Assembly (NCBI GenBank): GCA_011109175.1
Contig: RDEW01000018.1
Coordinates: forward strand, 351,405 to 415,404
Direction: 5' to 3'
DNA: 64,000 nucleotides
Origin: Dicyema japonicum
Lineage: Eukaryota > Animalia > Dicyemida
In this document: positions 50,698 through 60,989 of the stretch, in pieces
Layout of the letters: every line of letters starts with the position of its first letter
Position numbering within the stretch: position 1 is the first letter of the stretch
Notes under the pieces: model-generated
What the model saw: the letters and a program-made list of their open reading frames with translations, nothing else
Told to the model about the DNA's origin: nothing
Database searches by the model: none
Position numbers and translations under genes: made by a program

Positions 50698-53600
50698 ATG
50701 CAACGTGCGTTCGATTCGGTGGCGTTAAAACTCTCTCGAGTTGGCAAAAATGTTGAAAGGAAAAAAGGAGAAGGGTCACTTGCGTTACCTGATGGTATGA
50801 ATGTAATTCTTGCCATATCCGAGAGCGTTGTGACAGATGACCCAAAAGAATGGGCGAGGCAGGTAGTCCTGCAGGTACGTAGCAGGCTATCTCGAATGCC
50901 CTGGAATGGATGGCCATACTTGGCGGAGCTCTGCAGTGGCAGATTCAGTACTGCTATATCTGTGAGTGAACTCAAGAAGATGGCTGTAGGCAAAGAGGGT
51001 ACTGGTCTAAAGGGGCGGGGACCAGGTGACCACAACTGTCAAAGAGATCACGAGCACCAGAGCTGTGATACGTTGCAGCTCAAGCATGTTTATGAGGTCT
51101 TTGCGCGGAATCTCGCTGCAGCGGCAGATGTCCCACTTGAGGACCGTAGATTTACCCGCAAGATTCCTCATTGTAAGGTTAACGGTGTAGTGTTAACCTG
51201 CATCAATAAGGCTGTGGCTTATGCGGTGGAGGCTAAGCCAGTAGGGTCATTGGGTGACATCTCCCTAGTGCTGTATGCAGCACAGATCACCTATGAGGAA
51301 TTGACGGACAAGCCCAGACCACCCAGTAAATGGAGGGAGCAGATCTGTGCCAAGATTGCTTGGAGACAGACTGAGCTGGAAGCACTGGAGGGGCACATAA
51401 GTAGTGTGGCGAGAGGGGTTAGAGGAAAAGCACCGGCTATAGTAAAGGGGCTAATTAGTAAACTCCGTGTTCCCAAATGGGACCTCAAAGAGTTGAGGAG
51501 GGCAAAGGTGGAGTTAGAGGGGGCAATAATGGTGTATAAGAGGAAACTCTATACACATGAAAGTCGGTGTAAGAGAAGGAGAGAAAATAATCTGTTTGAG
51601 TTTAATCGCAGATTGTTTTACCGTCGCCTACACGAAAATGGCCATAGTGTATGTTCCCAGCAGGACGCGGAAATGCTTTCCACATGGGGTAGTATGTGGG
51701 AGGCTAAACCACGCAGAGGAAATGCGTGGAATGTCCCGTACAGCGCCGCTCCTTTCTTGGCGGAATCTTGCGGAATTTTCGATTTTCGCAAGAAATTTGA
51801 GGCGGTAGTGAGACATCTCCCTGATTGGAAGACGACCGGGGTCGATAAAGTTTATAATTTCTTTATCAAAAGATGCACTTCATTACACGAGTCTATGTGT
51901 CGTGTATTACAGAAAAGCATCACTAACCCGGAAACGATTCCTGATTGGGCATGCACAGGGACAACTTATTTGATCCCAAAGCTGGACAACCCCCAGTCTG
52001 CTGCAGATTATCGACCGATAACCTGCATGCCAACCCTGTATAAGCTGATGACCAAATTGGCTAATGAGGTCAGGAGCTTTGTAGACGCAAATGGGATTCT
52101 CTCCGAGAATCAGTTGGGAACTGTGCGAAATTGTCAGGGGGCAAAAGAGCAGGCTTTGATCAACAAATGCCTTTCTGTGTCTCACGGAAACTCACTTTTG
52201 TCTATGTGGGTGGATGTGAAGAAGGCTTACGATTCAGTTGATCATTCTTACCTTGTCGAGTGCCTACACAGTCTGTGTATGCCTGTGTGGTTCATCAGCT
52301 TTGTAGTGGCTGTGATGAATAGGTGGAGTATTCATCTGAACTATAATAGGCACCGGATAGGCGAGGTAAAACTCAAAGAGGGGGATCCTTCAGGGGGATA
52401 GCATGTCTCCGCTACTCTTTGTTCTCTGTTTGGAGCCATTGAGTCGCCGCCTCAATGACCGGTTTGAGCAAATACCAGTTCATTGTGAAGGGGTCTGTTT
52501 CAGTACAAATCACCTTCTTTTTATCGATGACTTGAAGATGTATGCTCGAACAGCCGAGGAGCTCTACTCCATGGGGGTCTGTGCCAGGGAATTCTTTGAG
52601 AGTATAGGGCTAGATTTGAATTATTCAAAGTCTGCGACTAACACGCAAGTATGTAGCGAGTTAGTAAGAGTCCTAGAGGAACACGAAGGATATAAGTATC
52701 TGGGTGTTACCGAATCTCCAAAGTCCCTTATAATGCCTGAGACAAAGCGACAAATTACTGAAGGCATCCGTAAAAGAGCAGCGTTATTGTGTAAGACGTC
52801 TCTAAATGCAAGGAATTTGTTCCTAGCATTAAATGAGTATGCTGTCTCGCTGCTAAACTACTACATAGGTGTTGTGGAGTTTGAGCCCAAAGAGTATGAT
52901 GAGATGGATGTTATGATCCGTGGAGTACTCAGAGAGAACCATGTCCATGTGTTGGCAGCCAATAAGGAGAGACTATATTTACCCCGTGATAAATTCGGCC
53001 GTGGACTGTGTGGAGTAGTCCAACTAAGTGAGCGTATCCTAATGCAATGCACGACACCCTGATAGCTGGGTCAAGTGTGTCTGCTAGGAAGCACGCCATA
53101 ATAACGACCGAGAAAACACGGGCAACCCACCTAGGCACTATCAGACCTTTTTTGTCTGCTAAGTATGGTGTTGATGATGGTGGGCTAGTAAATGTGAAGG
53201 CGTTGATCGAATTACAATATAATAATTTGATGGAAAAGATCAACTTAAAAAGCCTTCATAAGGTCCTCTTCAGAGCATTGGACAACCCACATGTCGACCT
53301 TAAGTCGTCGACAATATGGCTAAAATACGGTGACAACTCACCTCGATCGGAGGCGTTGTACACGTATATGCAAGACCGCAATATTTTTTGGGGTCGATCA
53401 ACAAATACATGTCCCCACTGTAAGTCAAGGAGCATGTCGGTTGATCATTTAGCCACTCGATGTGGATCCATGCTCTGCCACGACTATGTGTGGAGGCACA
53501 ACGAGGTAGTAAGGAGTCTTCATCTTCTACTATGCAATAAGTATGGTATTCGCCACACCAGAAAGTTGCGGACTCATAAGGTGCAATCTGTAGTAGAGAA

Positions 53601-54142
53601 CACCAGGGTCCAAATTAAGGTAGACAGTGTTATCCGTACCTCGGTGCTAGTCAAGCACAATAAACCGGACATTGTGGTACACGATAAGGAGTCTGGCCAA
53701 GTCCTTATCATAGAGGTTGGCATCACGTCTCAAGACCGTTTGCAGACTGTGGAGGTGGAGAAAAAAAGGAAGTATGACTTTCTTGCAAACGAGATGGGGC
53801 AGATGCTTGGTTGCAAGGTCCTCGTTATTCCTATAGTAATGACGTGGGAAGGAATTGCAACAAAGTACCACAAGGGTTATCTGAAGCAGTTGGGGGTAGA
53901 TAGGAAGCTCCAGGCCTATCTACAGTCCACTGTGTTAAAGCGGACCCTAGAGAGCCTGACATTGGAGTATAGGAGGCAGAGCCCTGAGATGCCATATGGG
54001 CAGAGGGTTCAATTAGACAAAGCGCTCTCGGAGTTGTTTCAGCAACCAGAATCGAACCTGCCTGAGGAGGCTGGCGAACAGGCAGGCGAGGAAGGTTGTT
54101 GATTAAATATATTAACTTTTTTATTGTTTTAAATAAAGTGGG
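50698..54142 (+). mobile_element. Near-intact R4/Dong-clade non-LTR retrotransposon (RT, CCHC knuckle, restriction-like endonuclease)
   Basis: YRPITCMPTLYKL, WVDVKKAYDSV, (GILQ)GDSMSPLLF, FIDDLK, YKYLG, CPHC..DHLATRC and KPDIV..IIEV. One long ORF broken only by two 1-nt frameshifts (about 52378 and 53047). Confidence 0.92.
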
Positions 54143-54377
54143 GTGTTCATTCATATTAGAATTTTTCCTTAAATGTAAATTCGACTTTTAGTTCCTTTTT
54201 CTCAGTTTCCTTCTGTTATTTCGATATTTGACAGATTATTTATTTAAAAACCCCAAGATCACCAAAAAAAAGGTTAAATTCATTGATTAGATCAGGGGTT
54301 TCTCAACCTTTTTTTACTCGTCGACTCCTTGACTTTTTTTTCGATTCCTTAAAACTTTTTTATTTAGAACAGACAAT

Positions 54378-55579
54378 CTCGACTCTCACTCATCTTTCAT
54401 CCTGATGAGAAACAACATCGGACTACCAAGCTTTTATATATACTCCGATGTCCACCCTCCTAAGAACAACACGACACTCTACTTTCAATAGACAAGTCTC
54501 TCAAAGCACACTGTTGAGTCACTAATTAACGTCCGCTCCGACGAACTTGGTTGGAAACAATGTAAGCTTCCCTCTGGATTTGGGGGTGTCGGAATAAGAT
54601 CGGCGCTCGAGGTTGCATACCCGGTATATCTATCGTCTCTCTCAAGCTGCAGCCATTTGACACGGCAATTCCTTCATAACACTATTGGACTTCGCTGGAA
54701 TGAGTCATTTGACGAAGCTTGTCGGAAATGGAACGGGTCCGGACTCAAAATCCCCGAAGACACAACAAAGCAAAGTAATTGGGATAACATTGTCTGCTCC
54801 AAAATTTTGGAAGACCTTAAAAAAGAAGCAAATCAACATCGTCTGGCCTGTTGTTTGGTTCAGTGACAGGGAGTGGAGCATGGCTTGGTGAATACCTTGC
54901 CCAAACCTCGGGACCTTTTTGGACGACGATTCTTTGAGGATTGGAATCGGACAAAGGCTTGGACTAGACGTTTGCCAGGAGCACCGATGCCGATACGGAA
55001 AAACAGTCGATGCGAAAGGATTGCACCCGCTGTCCTGCAGAAGAAGCGCCGGAAGGGGACCACGTCATGCTGCTCTGAATGATGTGATTGTCAGAGCTCT
55101 GAAGGCTTCAGGCTTCCCAGCACAGCTTGAACCAATGGGTCTTGATCGAGGAGATGGGAAGAGACCTGACGGGATGACCCTTTTCCCCTTCACGTCTGGA
55201 AGATTTTTGGTCTGGGACGCAACTTGCATTGACACGTTCTCAAGCACGAACATTTTTAAATCGGTTCAGACACCTGGAGCAGCTGCTTCGACTGCGGAGA
55301 ACCTAAAAAATCAAGAAATATTCTGGACTCGGAGATTGCTACCGATTTACTCCTGTTTGCGGACCGAATCATCGGAGCGGTTGGTCCAATGACGGCTGAA
55401 TTCTTGCGAGAAACTCGAGGATTACTTGCCAGAAAGAAAAGGGATCAACGAGAAGGGTTATGGCTAAGACAAAAGATTAGAATAGCCATACTCCGAGGGA
55501 ACTCGTTCGCAATCCACGCAGCAGGCTTCCTCAACTGACATTTGTTTAATTGTTAAAAAAAATTTTTTTTTTAAAAAAA
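54378..55579 (+). mobile_element. 5'-truncated CRE-like element with 12-bp TSD
   Basis: GLHPLSC, RHAALND, GKRPDGMTLFPF and LVWDATCIDT; TSD AGAACAGACAAT at 54366-54377 and 55580-55591. Confidence 0.88.
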
Positions 55580-56543
55580 AGAACAGACAATTCTAAGTAA
55601 AATTAGTTAACTATCTAAAATGAATATATTGCTAATAATCAAATCAAACAAAAAAAGTACTCGATTTTAAGTTGGTATCTTAGCATAAATCTATAATAAA
55701 AAAAATTAAATTGCATTGGGATCCCTATGACTGATGTTTTGACCAAAGATTAGATATCTGGCTCTTTTTCTGTTATTTTTAAACGAATATTTCCTTTAAT
55801 GGACACATCCAATTTGTTTCGTTCTTTATTTACAATTCGATGTAGAATGCTAAATCCGCATTCAACACAGTATGATGTCGAAAAATAAAGTAGCAATTGT
55901 GCTATTTCTGTCCACAATTTTGGATAACTCTCTTTCACTTTCATATTTTGCCAAATAATAACGGGTGATTGTGAATTATTATAATATAGATTTGATTATG
56001 GATTGAATTTTAACATAATTAATTCCTCTTTAATTTTTTTCTTATATAAAAATTTTTATATGGAAACCAAATTTTTATCTAGAATCTTCTTGTCATCCAA
56101 AATAATTTGACTACGGAAAAAATAGAAAGTCCAGTCGTATCAGTTTTCAAATATTTGACGAATAATAAATCTTTTGTAAGAAGAGCATGATCGTCAAAAT
56201 AACTTAAAGGGTAAGCTTCTAATAAAATTAACATGACATATTCTATTAGAATTGATTGGTTGTCACATATATGACTTTCGACAATTTGAAGCGAAAAAAA
56301 TAGTATTTTTAAGCCTTTCACATGAAATATGTTCAACATTATCTAACATTTCGTCAATCCTTTAATATTTCGTCGGGATTTAAACCAATCAGATCTGATG
56401 GAATCACTGATATAGATGGTTTGATGAGATATTCACCAGAAACATGGGAACTCTCATTTTTGGCAATAATCATTGCAATTTTATAGGATTAGCTGTCCTA
56501 AATATAATTTAAAATAACAACAACTATTGTTTCTTTCAATACT

Positions 56544-57196
56544 TTTTTTTGAGAAAGAAATTTTATTATCAAATGAATAAAAATTAAATTAAGGCTTCTG
56601 AATGGCCATGCTATTTCCCCTAACAATAGCAAACGAGATACGTTCTCGGAACCAACCAGTCTCTCGCGATCCTTGGTCACAGCTTGAATCATGGAGCCGA
56701 TCTTACGAACCAACTCATCTGCTTGGGGCCAAGGATTCCTGACGTTTCCACCGCGAATGGAACAAAAAGATACTCCTCCGAAATTCTCTGTTACTTCCTC
56801 CTCTTTCGTTCCTCGCCTGCTTCGAAGCATGTCCTGGGTCTGAAGCAGAAGCAACCAAATTAGACGGGGAATAAGTATCAACACACGTCGCGTCCCAGAT
56901 CAGGTTTCGTCCGTTGGCGAATGGAAAAGTCGTCATCCCATCAAGGCGTTTTCCATCGTTTCGGGAAAGACCAGCACGTTCTAACAGGCAATAGTGTCCA
57001 GCAGAGGCAAGGGAATTCTTTAATGTCATGTTAAGACAGGAGTGCCTGGGGAAACGACCCGCACTCATCTTGCATGACAAGGGATGATAACCAAAAGGAT
57101 CGATCCAACGTCCACAGCGGCATTTTCTTTCGGCACAAAATTTAAGACCAAGACGAAGCGAGGTAGCTATTCTCACAGCCTCATCATTTTTATTTA
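56544..57196 (-). mobile_element. 5'-truncated CRE-like element with 10-bp TSD
   Basis: ORF 56715-57176 (CRCG..GYHPLSC..RH..LIWDATCVDT); TSD TTTCAATACT at 56534-56543 and 57197-57206. Confidence 0.88.
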
Positions 57197-57537
57197 TTTC
57201 AATACTATTTGTAAAAACAGTGTCAATCGTTTTTTGTTTACGAAATTAATTCTTCAAAATAATCTAATGGTTTATCTTTTTTCTCCTAAGATGATCCAAC
57301 AATTTAGACGGTTTCATTGCATCATTTGATAATGACTTATTACACAGTAAGCAATATGGTCTATTGTCAAAAGAATTTTTTATAAATCCAAATGCCAAAT
57401 GTTCACTTTTATATTGACGAATTTTTAATGTAGAAGGACGAATCATACACGAGCAAAAACGAGCACGGTAATTTTAAAAATTTTGAAGAACAAAGGTTTA
57501 CCACTTTAAAAATAAACTAACTTAATTTAATTTTTAA

Positions 57538-59115
57538 CCCACTTTATTTAACAAACAATAAAAAAGTTAATATATTTAATAATCAACAACCTTCCTCGCC
57601 TGCCTGTTCGCCAGCCTCCTCAGGCTGGTTCGATTTTGGTTGCTGAAACAACTCCGAGAGCGTCATGTCCAATTGAACCCTCTGCCCATATGGCATCTCA
57701 GGGCTCTGCCTCCTATACTCCAGTGTCAGGCTCTCTAGGGTCCGCTTTAATACAGTGGACTGTAGATAGGCCTGGAGCTTCCTATCTACCCCTAACTGCT
57801 TCAGATAACCCTTGTGGTACTTTGTTGCAATTCCTTCCCACGTCATTACTATAGGAATAACGAGGACCTTGCAACCAAGCATCTGCCCCATCTCGTTTGC
57901 AAGAAAGTCATACTTCCTTTTTTTCTCCACCTCCACAATCTGCAAACGGTCTTGAGACGTAATGCCAACTTCTATGATAAGAACTTGGCCAGACTCCTTA
58001 TCGTGTACCAAAATGTCCGGTTTATTGTGCTTGACTAGCACCGAAATACGGATAACACTGTCTATAACACTGCCTACCTTGATTTGGACCTTGGTGTTCT
58101 CAACTACAGATTGCACCTCATGAGTCCGCAACTTTCTGGTGTGGCGAATACCGTACTTATTTCATAGTAGGGGAGGAAGAATCCTTACTACCTCATTATA
58201 CCTCCACACATAGTCGTGACAAAGCATGGATCCACATCGAGTGGCTAAATGATCAACCGACATGCTCCTTGACTTACAGTGGGGACATGTATTTGTTGAT
58301 CGACCCCATATTGCGGTCTTGCATATACGTGTACAGCGCCTCCGATCGAGGTGAGTTGCCACCGTATTTTAGCCATATTGTCGACGACTTAAGGTCGACA
58401 TGTGGGTTGTCCAATGCTCTGAAGAGGACCTTATGAAGGCTATTATATTGTAATTCGATCAACACCTTCACATTTACTAGCCCACCATCATCAACACCAT
58501 ACTTAGCAGGCAAAAAAGGTCTGATAGTGCCTTGGTGGGTTGCCCGTGTTTTCTCGGTCGTTATTATGGCGTAGTCGGGTGGCATAGTGGTTAGGTGTCG
58601 GGCTTAAGTGGCTTAGGATACGGGTTCGATCTCGCTTCTTTTCACCTGGTGGAAGGTTCCACGCATTTACGATGCAGAAAGGGTTTGACGAGTGACGCCG
58701 TCATCAGTGCATACTCACTGCGGAACTGGATTGTCTAGAAAGGACACTCACACAAGAAAAAGAAAAAAAGAAGTGAAGATCATACCTTAGTTCTTAGTTA
58801 AAATTAACTGTTCTTTACTTATATAAAGTGTGTGTCCTGCCTATGCGGAGCTATAAATACTATGGCTCTCGTGAAAAGGCTTTATTAAAAAAATTTATTA
58901 TGGCGTGCTTTTAGCAGACACACTTGACCCTGCTATCAGGGTGTCGTGCATTCGCATTAGGATACGCTCACTTAGTTGGACTACTCCACACATTCCACGG
59001 CCGAATTTATCACGGGGTAAATATAGTCTTTCTTTATTGGCTGCCAGCACATGGACATGGTTCTCTTTGGGTACTCACGGATCATAACGTCCATCTCATC
59101 ATAATCCACAACACA
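57538..59115 (-). mobile_element. 5'-truncated copy of the R4/Dong-like element
   Basis: Close DNA match to about 52865-54142 with small indels; ORF 57583-58131; interrupted by a SINE. Confidence 0.9.
58573..58894 (+). mobile_element. tRNA-derived SINE (322 bp) with 12-bp TSD
   Basis: A box TGGCATAGTGG (58580-58590), B box GGTTCGATCTC (58623-58633), A-rich tail. TSD TTATTATGGCGT at 58561-58572 and 58895-58906 is single-copy in the uninterrupted element (about 53093-53104). Confidence 0.88.
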
Positions 59116-59329
59116 AAAAATTAAATATATTAAATTTATTTTTGACCCGTTCGATCGATCTGGATTGATTTTAGACCCCAGGTTGAGAACGCTGATTAGA
59201 TGATCGGAAACTCTCCTTGAGTGTTCTCTCAGCGCCCAACTTCTCTCTGTTAGTGGCTTCATTTACAGATTGTAGATTTTAATTTTTAATTAACACTATA
59301 TTAAATGACAGAAACAAATCAGCCTCTAT

Positions 59330-60959
59330 CTGCCAAGAGAAAGTGAGCATTGCGGCTGAGGACGGTGATTCAAAGGTGCGGAAAAAACAATTTCCATTCA
59401 CGGGGATCTCTGGGTCACGTCGTAATTGCATTTCAATTTTTATTGATGACTTTCACTTACAAATTCTTCCATCGCTCAAAAAAGTGTGGAGGCGATTGTG
59501 ACAAATCAGAAGCGTTCTCAGAGGGTAGAATGTTTCTTCAATTTCTTCTATTCGACAAACTCGACATAAGATCAGAAAATACAAATCGGTAAGTGAAGAA
59601 CCTCATTTCAAAAAAGAGATCTTCTATGAGTAATATGAAACTCATTATTCCATCAGGACTTTTATTAGCCTCACGGTCAAACTACGAGTCCTTTATCTGA
59701 AACGGAAAACCACTGAATTATCTTACTCCCTGAAAATCCTCCTCACTTAGAACAAGAGTTACCTAACACCATCTACTCTTTTCGATAAAATTCTGGGTAA
59801 CACTACACACTTCAAATTTCGAAATAGAATTACCCAAAAATAAAAAATAAAGAAGCGTCGAATATGCAAAGTAGGGAATCGATTCAAATTTGATTGTCAG
59901 AGTTCTAAACTTCGAGTTCTGAGGAAGACATATGAAGGAATTTTGATAAGGATAATTTGTCAAGTGACCCTGGACTTTTGTGATGCTGCAATTGTTGATC
60001 AAGAGTTATAGTAATCTGAAGACTGGATAAGTCCAATACGTTGTGACAATGATTCTGTTGAGATTAGGGCCTGACCAGTTCGTCTGATTTTGTTTACTTC
60101 CATAACAGTTTATGAAAATTTACTAGCATCGATATTATTTTGTCACGTGACTGATTAAAGAAGGAGTTTTGAGTTTGTAATCTGGGAACTATATATTCTT
60201 CCTAAATATGGTAACCAAAATGCGAATTTGTTGATACTCGGCGTTACTTTTAAGAACAAAAATTTTACCTTCCATTGTTGTGTTCTCGTAATTCATACGA
60301 ATTGGAAAATGGAGTAGATTAGACAAATAATGAGACATATGCAGTTTGATGAAGTTCTGCATGATAAAGAATATTTAGTCATATAAAGAAAACTACAGGG
60401 GAGAAGATGGAGGATTTCGAATGAACTCACAGATACTCGATTCTTCCATTTATTCTGAAATAGGAGAAACGGCATCAAAGAAAAATCCAAACATTATGGC
60501 ATGACTTGAACCAAGGACTCTATTAGTTTGTTTTAAATAATTAGTTTGGCTTTGGGCAAATAAAATTGCATTTTGACTCATTCAAATCGAGTATATTTAT
60601 CACGTAACCTAGGATTTCCAAGTTTTCGGGTGGATTGAGTTAATTTCGAAGAAAATAAGAAATAATGTGGACTTCCGTGAGTATATGTTAAAAACAGATA
60701 TTTTGAGTTCAAGTCATGACTTAAATGATTTGGTCGCTGCGTATTAGCATTGTTGAAGGTGGGATAAATAATAGATGTAGAAAAGGATCCTTGTGGAGGA
60801 ATGTACTAATTGACTAAAGCAGTGATTTTCAAAGGGATTCCAGACAGGTCCTGGTATACAAGTAAAGCTAATGACATTAAAAATTACACGACGAAGAGAT
60901 CTTTTAGAGTTTTGTTAGGGTGGTTAACAATTAAGGACATTTATCCGCATTTAAGTTAA
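59330..60959 (+). CDS. Candidate mini-intron-rich host gene or pseudogene, product unidentified
   Basis: GT-AG segments at 60354-60378, 60526-60544, 60591-60612, 60630-60651, 60677-60697 and 60909-60935, plus three less certain ones between 60713 and 60822, join into ..FGFGQIKLHFDSFKSRFPSFRKIRNNVDF..IFKGIPDRSWYTSKANDIKNYTTKRSFRDIYPHLS*. One in-frame TGA at 60502; the 5' part is unresolved. Confidence 0.35.
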
Positions 60960-60989
60960 CAGCACTGTTCAAATAGACATTATTATAAT

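Larger units (their letters stand above)
54293..59194 (-). mobile_element. hAT element A (Buster/Charlie-type), container of nested insertions
   Basis: Ends CAGGGGTTTCTCAACCT (54293-54309) and AGGTTGAGAACGCTG (59180-59194), both flanked by ATTAGAT. Transposase pieces at 57264-57446 (N-terminus), 56079-56460 and 55750-55944 (dimerisation domain). Confidence 0.75.

Noticed and set aside
52370-53062. Programmed frameshifting in the R4-like ORF
   Set aside because: The sibling copy is in frame at the second site, and the first is a homopolymer insertion within a conserved RT motif. These are mutations or sequencing errors.
10384-53871. Many antisense or alternate-frame ORFs overlapping C2CD3, UROD, the chitinase linker and the R4 element
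   Set aside because: They are shadow ORFs of real coding sequence, with no independent motifs.
58573-58645. Functional tRNA gene
   Set aside because: I could not fold a convincing acceptor stem or cloverleaf. It is the head of a TSD-flanked SINE.
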